Origin: an uncultured Gemmatimonadales bacterium
GTDB taxonomy: Bacteria > Gemmatimonadota > Gemmatimonadetes > Gemmatimonadales > GWC2-71-9
NCBI GenBank assembly: GCA_963739455.1
Contig: CAVUAK010000001.1
Location: 480,001 to 544,000, forward strand
Reading direction: 5' to 3'
DNA length: 64,000 nucleotides
Both the position numbers and the translations under genes were made by a program. The notes under the pieces were generated by a model. That model made no database searches and was not told the origin of the DNA. It worked only from the letters and a program-made list of their open reading frames with translations. How positions within the stretch are numbered: the first letter of the stretch is position 1; each line of letters begins with the position of its first letter. This document shows positions 1-9,190 of this stretch, in pieces.

Positions 1-2
1 GC

Positions 3-2825
3 GACTTCCGCCAGATCGAGACACTTGCCCTGAGGCTCCTCCGGTTCGACTCACTGAGCGAGGAGGGAATCCGGGCGCGGATGGAGGCGCGGGCCTTTGC
101 CGGCGACCGACTCACGGCGCTTCGCCTGTTCAAGGACTGGAAGGCGGCGCTGGCACGGAGCCTTGGCGCCGCCCCGTCGCCGCTGCTCGAGGGCATGGCA
201 CTCCGGCTGCGGCGCAGGGAGTGGGAACGTCCGGAGGCGCCCGATGTGCCGGCGGTGCGTACCGACCAGTGGCGTGGGCGGCCGTTCGTGGGTCGCGGCC
301 GGGAGTACCGGCAGCTCTATGAGGCGTGGGAGGGAACGCAGCGCGGGGAGCCTCGCCACCGCCTGCTCCTGGGTGACTCAGGCATCGGCAAGAGCACGCT
401 GGTGGAGCGCCTGACAACGGCGGCGGGGCTGGAGGGAGCCACCGTCGCTCGCGTGCAGTGCCACGACGTGGAGCGGGAGATTCCCTACGCCATGGTGACG
501 GGGCTCATCTCGCAGCTGGTGGAGCGGCCGGGATCCTCTGCTGCACCGCCTGATGCGCTGGCAGAACTGGCGCAGACCATTCCGGCGGTTCGCCAGCGGT
601 TCCCGGTGCTGCCGCCACCACTCGAGAGCCAGGGCGACGCCGCGCGCATCCGGTTCACCGAGGCGGCGCATGCGCTCATGGCGGCGGTGGCGGGAGAGCA
701 CCCGGTCATCCTGGTCATCGATGACGGCCATCATGCCGACGATGTGAGCCTTGCAGTGCTGCACCGGGTCGTTCGCCTGGCTGACAAGCAGCAGATCCTG
801 ATGCTCTTCGTCGCGCGCCCTGGTGAGCTGCAGCAGTCGCCGCAGGCCGCTCGCCTTCGCGACAATGGTGCATCACTCGGCATTCATCCACTCGAAATCC
901 AGCCGCTGGAGGAGGACGATGCCCGGACGCTGCTCGACCTGCTCGTGGCGGAACTCCAGCTCACGCCGTCGGCCACTGTCCGTCGCGCGTTGCTCGGCGC
1001 GGCGGCGGGATTCCCGCTCGTGCTTGAACTCCTGGTGCGCGACTGGGCCCGTAGCGGGGCACAGTGCCTGGCACTGAGCCTGGATGCGGTAACGGCAGAT
1101 GCGGGACGGAAGAGCGAGCCGGATGAGGCATACCAGCTCCTGCTCGACCGGTTGGCAAGGACACTGGACCCTGGAACGCGGAACACGCTGCACGTGGCGG
1201 CGGTACTCGGGCCGAGGCTCAATGACTCGGCGTTGTATGCCCTGGCCGACCTGAGGGTCAGCGAGGTGATGACGGGCCTTACGACGCTGGTGCAGTACCG
1301 GATCCTGCGAGATGGTGGGGATCATCTCGAGTTCGCGAATGACCTGGTGCGGGCGCATGCGTACTACGCGGTGCCGGCGCCGATGCGGTTGCTGCTGCAC
1401 GGGTTGATTGCGGACGCATTGTTGGAGAGGGCGGCGAACGGAGACGACTCGCTAGGACTGGAGATCGCCTGGCATTGCATGCGGTGCGGAAGGAAGGAGG
1501 AGGCGACGAAAAACCTTCTCTCGGGTGCGCGCGCGTCCATCAAGCGCGGCGCAGTGCATGAAGCCGAACGAAGACTGGATTCTGGGCTGGTCTCCTTGGC
1601 AGGGGACGCACTTGGTGAGGCGCGCCTTCTCCTTGTGGAGTTGCTGCAAGAGCAGGGACGCTGGAAGGAGTCATCAACCTTACTCGCTTCATTCCCGGAA
1701 GAGCTGGCAACCGCGAGTGGCAAGTGCTTGGCAGGGATCGCGCTGCTCTACTCTGACGAGGCCTCCGAAGCTGACGAAATCTATCTAACAAGAGTCGCTC
1801 AATCGTGCATTGCAGACACCACTCTCGATCCGCAAACGCGGCTTCGGGCACTGCGTCTTGCTGGAGGCCTGGCTCTCACCACCCGGGAACCCTCCCTCCC
1901 AAGCCTCTTCTTGGAGACAGCGCGAGCGTCGGAGCGCACGAACTGGGACGATGACGAGAACTTGGAGTGGGATACGCAGATAGTCTACCTCACACACTAC
2001 ACGCATCGGAGAATTGAACAAAGCGAGATTACGTGTAGACATCTTGAGGCACTTGCCATACGTGCACGCGCGCATACTGTCGGCAATGCACGTTCGTTTA
2101 GGATTCTGGCTGGCTTGGGGTTGTGCCACCGCCGCGCCGGTCGCTACCCGCAGGCCATAGCGTCCTATGAGAACGCCCTTGAAATTCTCGCCCGCCTGGA
2201 GCGCACGCCTTCCCTAACGTTGACGCACGGTTCGCTTGCTTCATGCTATCGCGATTTAGGCGATATCGACGCACAACGAACACATGCTCTGCGCGGAGCG
2301 TCCCGTTCGCCCCCCGCCAATTGGTTTGACATTCAAGCCCTGTTCTGGGCGATCGAGGCCTGTCACCTCTTGGGCGACACGCGTTTAGCACGGGAGCTGG
2401 CGTTCTTTCTCGAATCCGCGCCCCGGTTGCCCATGCGAGCAAGGACGCTGCAAATGCTACTCATGTGTCGCGCTGACTTCGCTTGGCTTGAGGGTCGCAC
2501 AGTTGAAGCGCTGCAGCTCGGTCGGGCGGCGGTAGTTACCGTCACACCTGAGCAGATAGACCGCAGTAACGTCAGTACCATGGCGCGTTGGCTGGCCGTG
2601 TTGAGGGATCACAATGCCTGGGAGGTCGCGCTTGATGACTTTGTTGCCGGGGTCGAGGCGCTGCAGGCGGTGTGTTGGTGGGACGAGGTTGAGCGACTGC
2701 GCGCACTGGTCAAGCTTGGAGCGGAAGAAAAGTACCACCAGCTCGAGCTATCGAAGGCCGTACAATTTGTGCCCGTCAATATCGCAGCATACCTCAAGCG
2801 CTACGGATTGGGAGACCATACCTAA
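3..2825 (+). CDS. SARP/BTAD-domain regulator with STAND (AAA_16-type) ATPase and C-terminal TPR-like region; 5' end lies outside the window
   Basis: The frame is open from base 3 (DFRQIETLALRLLRFDSLSEEGIRARMEARAFAGDRLTAL...LGAAPS, resembling the end of a BTAD domain). Walker A GDSGIGKS, Walker B ILVIDDGHHAD, helical C-terminus. Confidence 0.8.
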   Translation, partial: DFRQIETLALRLLRFDSLSEEGIRARMEARAFAGDRLTALRLFKDWKAALARSLGAAPSPLLEGMALRLRRREWERPEAPDVPAVRTDQWRGRPFVGRGREYRQLYEAWEGTQRGEPRHRLLLGDSGIGKSTLVERLTTAAGLEGATVARVQCHDVEREIPYAMVTGLISQLVERPGSSAAPPDALAELAQTIPAVRQRFPVLPPPLESQGDAARIRFTEAAHALMAAVAGEHPVILVIDDGHHADDVSLAVLHRVVRLADKQQILMLFVARPGELQQSPQAARLRDNGASLGIHPLEIQPLEEDDARTLLDLLVAELQLTPSATVRRALLGAAAGFPLVLELLVRDWARSGAQCLALSLDAVTADAGRKSEPDEAYQLLLDRLARTLDPGTRNTLHVAAVLGPRLNDSALYALADLRVSEVMTGLTTLVQYRILRDGGDHLEFANDLVRAHAYYAVPAPMRLLLHGLIADALLERAANGDDSLGLEIAWHCMRCGRKEEATKNLLSGARASIKRGAVHEAERRLDSGLVSLAGDALGEARLLLVELLQEQGRWKESSTLLASFPEELATASGKCLAGIALLYSDEASEADEIYLTRVAQSCIADTTLDPQTRLRALRLAGGLALTTREPSLPSLFLETARASERTNWDDDENLEWDTQIVYLTHYTHRRIEQSEITCRHLEALAIRARAHTVGNARSFRILAGLGLCHRRAGRYPQAIASYENALEILARLERTPSLTLTHGSLASCYRDLGDIDAQRTHALRGASRSPPANWFDIQALFWAIEACHLLGDTRLARELAFFLESAPRLPMRARTLQMLLMCRADFAWLEGRTVEALQLGRAAVVTVTPEQIDRSNVSTMARWLAVLRDHNAWEVALDDFVAGVEALQAVCWWDEVERLRALVKLGAEEKYHQLELSKAVQFVPVNIAAYLKRYGLGDHT

Positions 2826-2828
2826 CCG

Positions 2829-4220
2829 CTACGCACGCTTCGTTTTCCAGAACGCACCTGACGGTCGCGCGACACGGAGCGAACGCGGAGCAAGCGGCAC
2901 CGTTTCCTCGATAGCGCCTGACGGCCCTGCGATAAGGCGGCGCACCGCCACCGAGGACACTGCGACATCGACGATTGCCGGGTCAAACTGGGTACCACGG
3001 CACTTCTGAAGCTCAGCAATGACGATCTCTAGACTGAGACGCTTTCGATATGGTCGATCCGTCGTCATGGCATCAATGGTGTCCGCAATCAAGATGATTC
3101 GGGACGCCAGCGGAATCCCCGAGCTAGTGATCCCATCGGGATAGCCCTGACCATCCCACCTCTCATGATGATGCCGTACAGCATGTTGAATACTGCCGCG
3201 AAACTTGGAAATAATGCCAACCAATTCGGCGCTCTTTGCCGCGTGGGTCTGCATTAGTGCGGTCTCGTCATCGGAAAGTCGCGACTCCTTACGCAGAAGG
3301 GGGGCAAATTCCTCATGAATCTTCCCCACGTCGTGCAGCAACGCTGCCGTTTCGACCTCCTCGATCTGTTGCGCGGAAAGCTGTAGCTCGAGCGCAATCG
3401 CCCGCGACAGTTCGCGGACCCGGAGAGAATGGCCAGACGTGTACGGATCGCGCGCCTCGATCGCCTTCACCATGACTTGGAGGAGTTCCTGCCCACTTTC
3501 CTGGAGATTCTGGAAGAGGGCATATACATGGCGAAGGGCGACGATAGGCAACACAATCGCGATGAGGCCGACTGGCCCATATCCGATGCTGTCAACGCGG
3601 ACATAGAACCAAGACACAAACATCGAGATCACGCTCGCGCCGAGATCATAACCCAACATCCCACGCGCGTTTAGATGCCAGACCTCACGAAACGGTCGAT
3701 CAGAACCAAGTGACACTGCACCCGCAACGAGTAATTTATTCACGATCACATACACGCTGGCGAGCACGAAGAAGAGAAATAGGTCGCGCTGCACGTCCGC
3801 TGCCGCGGCAGGACCAACCAACAAGAACGACGGCGGAAACGACCCGCCAAGCAAGGTCTGATACACCAGCGCACCCAGCGCCACGGACAGCGCTCGTTGC
3901 GCAGGATTGAAAACCACCCGCTCCAGAGCAAGACCCCTACTCAGCGACGTCGCCAGGGATGCGGCCGCAGCAATTAGACCGCCCCAGAACCCTCCGAAGA
4001 GTGCCCCTGCCGAAAGGTGGACAACGAATGACGTGGAGCCTTGGGCCGAAACCCTGAGTTCGACCGGAGAGCGGTCCAGAAGGAACGACACGCCGATTAG
4101 GCTCGCGAGTGCGAGGACACCCGGAAAAGGCTGGCGAACGTACCAAGCACCGGCCATTGCTGCGGCCGCGCCAAGCACCACCAGAATTACGTAGATGTCT
4201 ACTGCCTTGAATCGGCGCAT
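2829..4220 (-). CDS. HD-GYP c-di-GMP phosphodiesterase with N-terminal multi-TM sensor domain (MASE9-like)
   Basis: EARDPYTSGHS, LLHDVGK and HHHERWDGQGYP motifs; about 250-aa hydrophobic N-terminus. ATG at 4220 with GAGGG upstream is preferred over the TTG at 4250. Confidence 0.9.
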   Translation of the reverse strand: MRRFKAVDIYVILVVLGAAAAMAGAWYVRQPFPGVLALASLIGVSFLLDRSPVELRVSAQGSTSFVVHLSAGALFGGFWGGLIAAAASLATSLSRGLALERVVFNPAQRALSVALGALVYQTLLGGSFPPSFLLVGPAAAADVQRDLFLFFVLASVYVIVNKLLVAGAVSLGSDRPFREVWHLNARGMLGYDLGASVISMFVSWFYVRVDSIGYGPVGLIAIVLPIVALRHVYALFQNLQESGQELLQVMVKAIEARDPYTSGHSLRVRELSRAIALELQLSAQQIEEVETAALLHDVGKIHEEFAPLLRKESRLSDDETALMQTHAAKSAELVGIISKFRGSIQHAVRHHHERWDGQGYPDGITSSGIPLASRIILIADTIDAMTTDRPYRKRLSLEIVIAELQKCRGTQFDPAIVDVAVSSVAVRRLIAGPSGAIEETVPLAPRSLRVARPSGAFWKTKRA

Positions 4221-4262
4221 GATCCCTCGTGAAACAGAACTGGGGGCCAACCAGTCGACACG

Positions 4263-4343
4263 CTATTTCCAGTCGTCGCCTGATGTAAGCAGCGAAAGCA
4301 ACCAGGCCACGATGTTCACTGAATCGGCCTTGCGCGTCGTCAT
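4263..4343 (-). CDS. 26-aa small protein MTTRKADSVNIVAWLLSLLTSGDDWK (putative signalling-peptide precursor)
   Basis: Read by hand; below the ORF-track cutoff. ATG at 4343 and TAG at 4263-4265. Near-perfect SD GGAGGTGA 6 nt upstream. Basic N-terminus, hydrophobic core, polar GDDWK tail; ends 42 nt before the HD-GYP start. Confidence 0.7.
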   Translation of the reverse strand: MTTRKADSVNIVAWLLSLLTSGDDWK

Positions 4344-4365
4344 TGAGCGTCACCTCCCTCCGAGA

Positions 4366-4394
4366 CCACTTCGTGTTGCACCTTCATGAAGTGG
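4366..4394 (-). promoter_or_regulatory. Stem-loop in the 5' leader of the small ORF
   Basis: CCACTTCGTG...CATGAAGTGG inverted repeat (one mismatch) just upstream of the SD. Confidence 0.4.
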
Positions 4395-4400
4395 CGAGCC

Positions 4401-4451
4401 CCGCTATGGCTCTCCGTGACGCTCCGCTTTTTTGACCCGCTAATCTCCGCT
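4401..4451. repeat. Phased CCG(C/T) direct repeats, putative regulator binding sites
   Basis: CCGCT at 4401, 4424, 4437 and 4447, and CCGTG at 4414; alternating 13/10-nt spacing. Confidence 0.35.
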
Positions 4452-4580
4452 ATTTCCTGCTCGCGTAGACCGGGGCCCCCTTAAATCCGTTTGAATTTCC
4501 CTGTCATGCGGCGCCAGGTTGCGGACCCGGCCCCGCCGAACACTTCACATTCCAGACATACAGCCAGAATTCCGGTCGCG

Positions 4581-5342
4581 CTACGAGGGCCGCCTCAGGT
4601 TGGCCCACCGGTTCGTCGCATCCATCACCGCGAACACCGCCGCCCGCTCCGCGCTCTCGCGGATCTCGGCCGTGCCCGTCAGCAGCACCGTCTCGCGGCC
4701 GCTCAACCCCTGCGCCACGATGAACACGAACTCGCGATCGAACTCCTCCACCATCCGGACACCCTCGAGCGCCAGGGAGTGGTCGCCCAGCAGCCGATCC
4801 ACCGACGAGAGCGCGGCCTTTGCCGCCGCCTCGACCCTGCCCTTGATGTTGTCCATCGCCTCTTCCTCGGCGTGCTCCACCTGCCCGTCCATCGAGAGCG
4901 ATACCTGCACCGTCACCCGGTGCGGCCGGCGACCCGCCAGCACCGTGACGTTCTCGAAGAGCATGGCTCGCTGGAGCGAACGGTCACGCACCGCCGTCGA
5001 CTCGAGCGCTTCCAGCGGCTTCACGTCCGCCGTCTGCGCAATGCTGATCTTGCGATGATCGATCTTGAGCCCGAGGTGCGCCAGCAGCGCCGACTCGATG
5101 TTCCGCACCAGCTGCTTCGGCTGGAGCCCGGCCTGGGCCAGCACGTGCACCTCGCTCACCTCACCCAGCGGCGTCGTGACGACCCGCGCGGAGAGAATCC
5201 CCTCGAGACTGGTGAGGAGGTTCTCGGCACGGCGCACACCCCACGGATCCTGCACCTCGGGCGACGGCGTTGGCCGCGGGCCTGGGCTCGAGCCGGCGCC
5301 GGGCGCACCCGACATCGGCTGACGGAACGGAGATCCGGTCAC
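4581..5342 (-). CDS. Conserved hypothetical protein (PKQxVRxIES...IDHRKISIAQ family)
   Basis: 253-aa ORF whose start overlaps the GGDEF gene stop. The C-terminal AAVFAVMDATNR helix is reminiscent of LeuA regulatory-like folds (inference). Confidence 0.75.
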   Translation of the reverse strand: MTGSPFRQPMSGAPGAGSSPGPRPTPSPEVQDPWGVRRAENLLTSLEGILSARVVTTPLGEVSEVHVLAQAGLQPKQLVRNIESALLAHLGLKIDHRKISIAQTADVKPLEALESTAVRDRSLQRAMLFENVTVLAGRRPHRVTVQVSLSMDGQVEHAEEEAMDNIKGRVEAAAKAALSSVDRLLGDHSLALEGVRMVEEFDREFVFIVAQGLSGRETVLLTGTAEIRESAERAAVFAVMDATNRWANLRRPS

Positions 5343-7066
5343 GTGCGTGTCACCTCGTGCTGCCGAGAACGCTGCGCCTCGGCGATGAGATTGCGTCCCG
5401 CCATCTTCGCGCGATAGAGCGCGCGGTCTGCCGCCACCAGCAGGTCACCATCCGCCGGCCGGTGCGGATCGAACTCCGCCACGCCGATGCTCACGGTGAC
5501 CAGTCCTGCCGGGTAGCCCAATCGGCGACCCACACCCTCGATGCCCGCCCGCAGCGCCTCGGCCACTCGCGTGGCCCCCGGAAGGTCGGTTCGCGTCAGG
5601 ATCACCACGAACTCGTCGCCACCGTACCGCGACGCCACGTCCGACGCACGAACCGCTGCCCGGATCTCTGCCGCCACCGCGCGGAGGATGTCGTTCCCCG
5701 CCTCGTGGCCATGCCGGTCGTTCACCTGCTTGAACGAGTCGAGATCGATGAACAGGACCGCGAAGGCTTCGTCACTTCGCTTGCTGCGCTCGATCTCGTA
5801 CTGCAGGCGCTCCTGGAGCACCCGATAGGTCGCGAGCCCCGTCAGCACATCGACCGCTGCCGCCCGCACCGCTTCGTCCGCCCGGCGCTCCTCGTGCGGC
5901 GGGCACTGCTTCAGGCTGGCCCGTCCCGATACCGCCGAGCGCGCGAACTGGAGGCAGGTGCCGTAGCCGCATGCACCGCAATCCCAGGCCTTGCCGTTCG
6001 ACGCCGTCCCGATCGCCGCGAGCACCGCGTTCACTGCGGCGGCATCGGCCGGTGCCGGCCGCGGCTTGATCTCGAACGTGGCGCCGATGCTCATCGTGAG
6101 CGCGCGGTCCACTACCGGACTCCGGCTCCGCGGCGGCTCGGCGCTCGCCACGAGTGCCCGCCGCCAGTAGAGCTCTTCCTTCGGGCCCGAGAGCGGGTGG
6201 TCGAGCGCACCCTCGTTCGAGAGGATGTCCACGAACCCCAGCTCGAGCCGGTCCGTCGTGACCGCGCGGGCGAGCGCCGGCAGCGCATCGAGCCCGCGAA
6301 CGATCTTGAACCGGCTGCTCGCCTGCCGCGCTTCCTCGAGCATCGCGAGGGGCATCCCGCCCGCCGCGCTCAGGTGGCGCCGGCGCTCCTCGGGGATGCG
6401 CTGGAAAAACGTCGGCTGCGTCAGGGCGCTCACACTGCGCATGCGCAGGAGCTGCTCCAGGTCCGAGAACGTCACCGCCGCATCCACCTCAGGACACGAG
6501 GGCGGCGCCACATGCCCCGCGTACACCACCGGCAGCGATGCGCCGTAACGCGCTCGCAGGTAGCGCGTCTCGGCGATCGTCGGCGTTGCTACGGGCGCCA
6601 GGTACGGCACCAACTCGGGATACTGCGTCCGGACCGTCTCCACCACCACCGGATCCGTCGACCGGACCATCGTGCCCCACGGCTCGTCTTCCCAGAGCCG
6701 CAGGTACTCCGTCGCCACCAGTTCGTCGCCGATGACTCCCCGGGTCACCACCCGGAACCCGGCTGCGTAGCAGGCGTTGATCACCTGCTCCGGCGTTGCT
6801 GGATAGAAATGAGCCGCCGACTCGGGGCTCAGGATCAGGGCGGCCGTTCCCTGACCTGCAAGCTCCAGCGCTCTCCCCAGCTCCCCGGACACCTTGACCG
6901 CCTGGTGAGGGCAGGCCGGAACGCATTCTCCGCAGCGGATGCAAGACTCGTCCACTACGCGCAAAAGCGGTGCCTCCCCAACGACTTCGATCGCATCGGA
7001 CGGGCAGATGCGAACGCAAGCGAGGCAAGCGACGCAGAGTTCAGCGTCGATCAGGAAGCTCAGCAA
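5339..7066 (-). CDS. Diguanylate cyclase with 2x[4Fe-4S] ferredoxin domain, degenerate [FeFe]-hydrogenase-like domain and extra Fe-S domain
   Basis: CVACLACVRICP and CIRCGECVPACP; DCGACGYGTC...QCP; RASD I-site and intact GGDEF. Probable TTG start at 7066 (ORF open to 7180). Confidence 0.85.
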   Translation of the reverse strand: MLSFLIDAELCVACLACVRICPSDAIEVVGEAPLLRVVDESCIRCGECVPACPHQAVKVSGELGRALELAGQGTAALILSPESAAHFYPATPEQVINACYAAGFRVVTRGVIGDELVATEYLRLWEDEPWGTMVRSTDPVVVETVRTQYPELVPYLAPVATPTIAETRYLRARYGASLPVVYAGHVAPPSCPEVDAAVTFSDLEQLLRMRSVSALTQPTFFQRIPEERRRHLSAAGGMPLAMLEEARQASSRFKIVRGLDALPALARAVTTDRLELGFVDILSNEGALDHPLSGPKEELYWRRALVASAEPPRSRSPVVDRALTMSIGATFEIKPRPAPADAAAVNAVLAAIGTASNGKAWDCGACGYGTCLQFARSAVSGRASLKQCPPHEERRADEAVRAAAVDVLTGLATYRVLQERLQYEIERSKRSDEAFAVLFIDLDSFKQVNDRHGHEAGNDILRAVAAEIRAAVRASDVASRYGGDEFVVILTRTDLPGATRVAEALRAGIEGVGRRLGYPAGLVTVSIGVAEFDPHRPADGDLLVAADRALYRAKMAGRNLIAEAQRSRQHEVTRT

Positions 7067-7193
7067 GGACTTTCCCGTGTTGGGAGGGAGGGAACTGCGC
7101 TCAGAATATCGGCATGGTGGTTCGCTAGTGTCAAGACTCGGCGGAGTGCAAAATATTGACAGTCGCTCGTTTAGCCGCATTCTGAGAGGCTAC

Positions 7194-8705
7194 TCAGGAG
7201 TCAAGATTATAGGCTCTTATTTTACGATACAGGGTCCGTTCCCCGATGCCCAATTGCTCCGCAGCGCGTCTCCTATTTCCACGGAAATCCTTGAGGGCAG
7301 CGGCGATAGCGGCCTTTTCGACGTCGGCCATGGTCATGCCCGCGCGGTAGACGATCTCGTCCGGCTCCGGCTCGTCGATGGGGGTGACCGAAATCTCGCC
7401 AATCTCAGGTCGTGGTGTCAGTTCGATCATGCGAGCAGGCGCTCGCTCCTGGCCGTCAAGACGCCGACGAAGCTCCTCCACCTGAAGCTTGAGCTCCATC
7501 AGGCTCCGGAGCAGGAACTCGAACTCCTGCCCCCCAACCCCAGCCGAGTGGCTGATTCGAGCCGGGAGGAGGCTTCCAGGCCCTTCCAGCACGTCTCGTG
7601 GGATGTCGCTGGCACGGATCTCGGCCCCGGGGGCCAGGACCACCATCGATTCGATGAGATTCCGGAGCTGCCTGATGTTTCCAGGCCACGGTGCACCGAC
7701 GAGCACATCCATCGCTTCCGGGGTGATTCCCCGGAAATGGCGGTCGTGGGCCTTGGAAAACTCGCGGATGAACCGCCGGACCAGCAGGGGGATGTCGCCC
7801 CGGCGCTCGCGAAGCGGGGGAAGGTAGATGTTGAGGACGTTGAGCCGGTAGAACAGGTCCTCCCGGAACTCGCCCACCGAGACCGCATCGCGGATGTTCC
7901 GGTTGGTCGCTGCCAGCACGCGAACGTCGACCTTGATCGCCTGGCTGCCGCCCACCCGGTAGAAGGTCCGGGTCTCCAGCACCCGCAGCAGCTTCACCTG
8001 GATGGCGGGCGATGTCTCGCCGATCTCGTCGAGGAAGAGCGTGCCGCCGTCCGCCAGTTCGAATCGACCGAGCCGGCGCTCTGCCGCGCCGGTGAACGAG
8101 CCCTTCTCGTGACCGAACAGCTCGCTCTCGAGCAGTGTCTCGGGTAGCGCCCCGCAGTTGACCGCGATGAACGCCTTGCCGCGCCGGGACGAGAGGTCGT
8201 GGAGGGCCTTGGCGACGAGTTCCTTGCCGGTGCCCGACTCGCCCTGGATCAGCACGGTGCTCGACACCGGCGCCATCTGCTCGATGCGCACCAGCACTTC
8301 CTGGATCGGCGCGCTCTCGCCCACGATGCCGGTGCGCTCCTGCAGGCGGCGCCGCTCGATGAGCCGCTGCGCCACCGCCACGACTTCGTCGGGCCGCGCC
8401 GGCTTGGTCATCACGCCGGTGACGCCGAGCTGGGCCGCCTTCTCCGGTCCCTCGGAATCGGTGGACTCCAGCAGTGCCAGCGTCGATACCTCGCGGTCGT
8501 GCGCGTAGGCCACCAGGTGCCGCGCCGGCGGCTCGTAGAGCGCACCGGTGAGGATGATCAGCACCGGATGCTCCCGGCGCACGGCACCCCTCGCATCGTC
8601 GAGGGCCGCAATCGTGTTCGTGGCAAAGCCCGCGGCCTCGAATGCGGCGTTGAGCGGCACCGCCGTGCCGAGGTCGTCGAGCGTGATGAGAACCTTGTCC
8701 GCCAT
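7194..8705 (-). CDS. Sigma54-dependent activator (NtrC family) with atypical receiver domain
   Basis: [40 protein letters not shown] and Fis-type HTH. Start MADKVLI overlaps the mog stop. Confidence 0.9.
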   Translation of the reverse strand: MADKVLITLDDLGTAVPLNAAFEAAGFATNTIAALDDARGAVRREHPVLIILTGALYEPPARHLVAYAHDREVSTLALLESTDSEGPEKAAQLGVTGVMTKPARPDEVVAVAQRLIERRRLQERTGIVGESAPIQEVLVRIEQMAPVSSTVLIQGESGTGKELVAKALHDLSSRRGKAFIAVNCGALPETLLESELFGHEKGSFTGAAERRLGRFELADGGTLFLDEIGETSPAIQVKLLRVLETRTFYRVGGSQAIKVDVRVLAATNRNIRDAVSVGEFREDLFYRLNVLNIYLPPLRERRGDIPLLVRRFIREFSKAHDRHFRGITPEAMDVLVGAPWPGNIRQLRNLIESMVVLAPGAEIRASDIPRDVLEGPGSLLPARISHSAGVGGQEFEFLLRSLMELKLQVEELRRRLDGQERAPARMIELTPRPEIGEISVTPIDEPEPDEIVYRAGMTMADVEKAAIAAALKDFRGNRRRAAEQLGIGERTLYRKIRAYNLDS

Positions 8706-9190
8706 CAGTGATCCACTCCACTTCCCTTGAGCAGTGCCACCGCGTGCTCCAGCAGGTCGTCCAGCACCGCGAGCCCATCGCGCACGCCGCCGGTGCTGCC
8801 GGGCAGGTTCACGATCAGCGCCCGCCCGCGCACGCCGGAAACGCCGCGTGACAGCGCGGCGCGATGAAAGCGGGGATAGACCGCGTGACGCAGTCGCCTC
8901 GGCGATGCCGGGCGCTTCCTTGTCGAGGACGGCACGCGTGGCCTCGGGAGTCACGTCGCGCAGCCGTGAGGCCGGTTCCACCGGTGGTCAGGATGACATC
9001 GACGCGCCCACCGTCCGCCCAGCGCACGAGGATGGCGCCGATGGTCGCCGTCTCGTCGGGAACGAGCGCACGCTCGGCGATGGCGTAGCCCTTCTCGGTG
9101 GCCCACGCTGCGATCGCGTCGCCGGAGCCATCAACCCGTTCGCCGCGCGCGCCCTGCATCGCTGATGGTCAGAATTCCGAGACGAATCAC
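8705..9190 (-). CDS. mog: MogA/MoaB family molybdopterin adenylyltransferase (about 3 frameshifts)
   Basis: Pieces across frames: IRLGILTISD, ILTTGGTGLT, RDVTPEAT, IVNLPGS. GTG start at 9190. Confidence 0.85.

Noticed and set aside
5339..7066. Functional [FeFe]-hydrogenase
   Set aside because: The H-cluster Cys motifs are absent and no maturases lie in the window.
7100..7185. Two divergent TTGACA hexamers as sigma70 promoters near the cyclase start
   Set aside because: Spacing to the best -10 candidate is off on the minus strand (20 nt) and the -10 is poor on the plus strand, so neither can be called.
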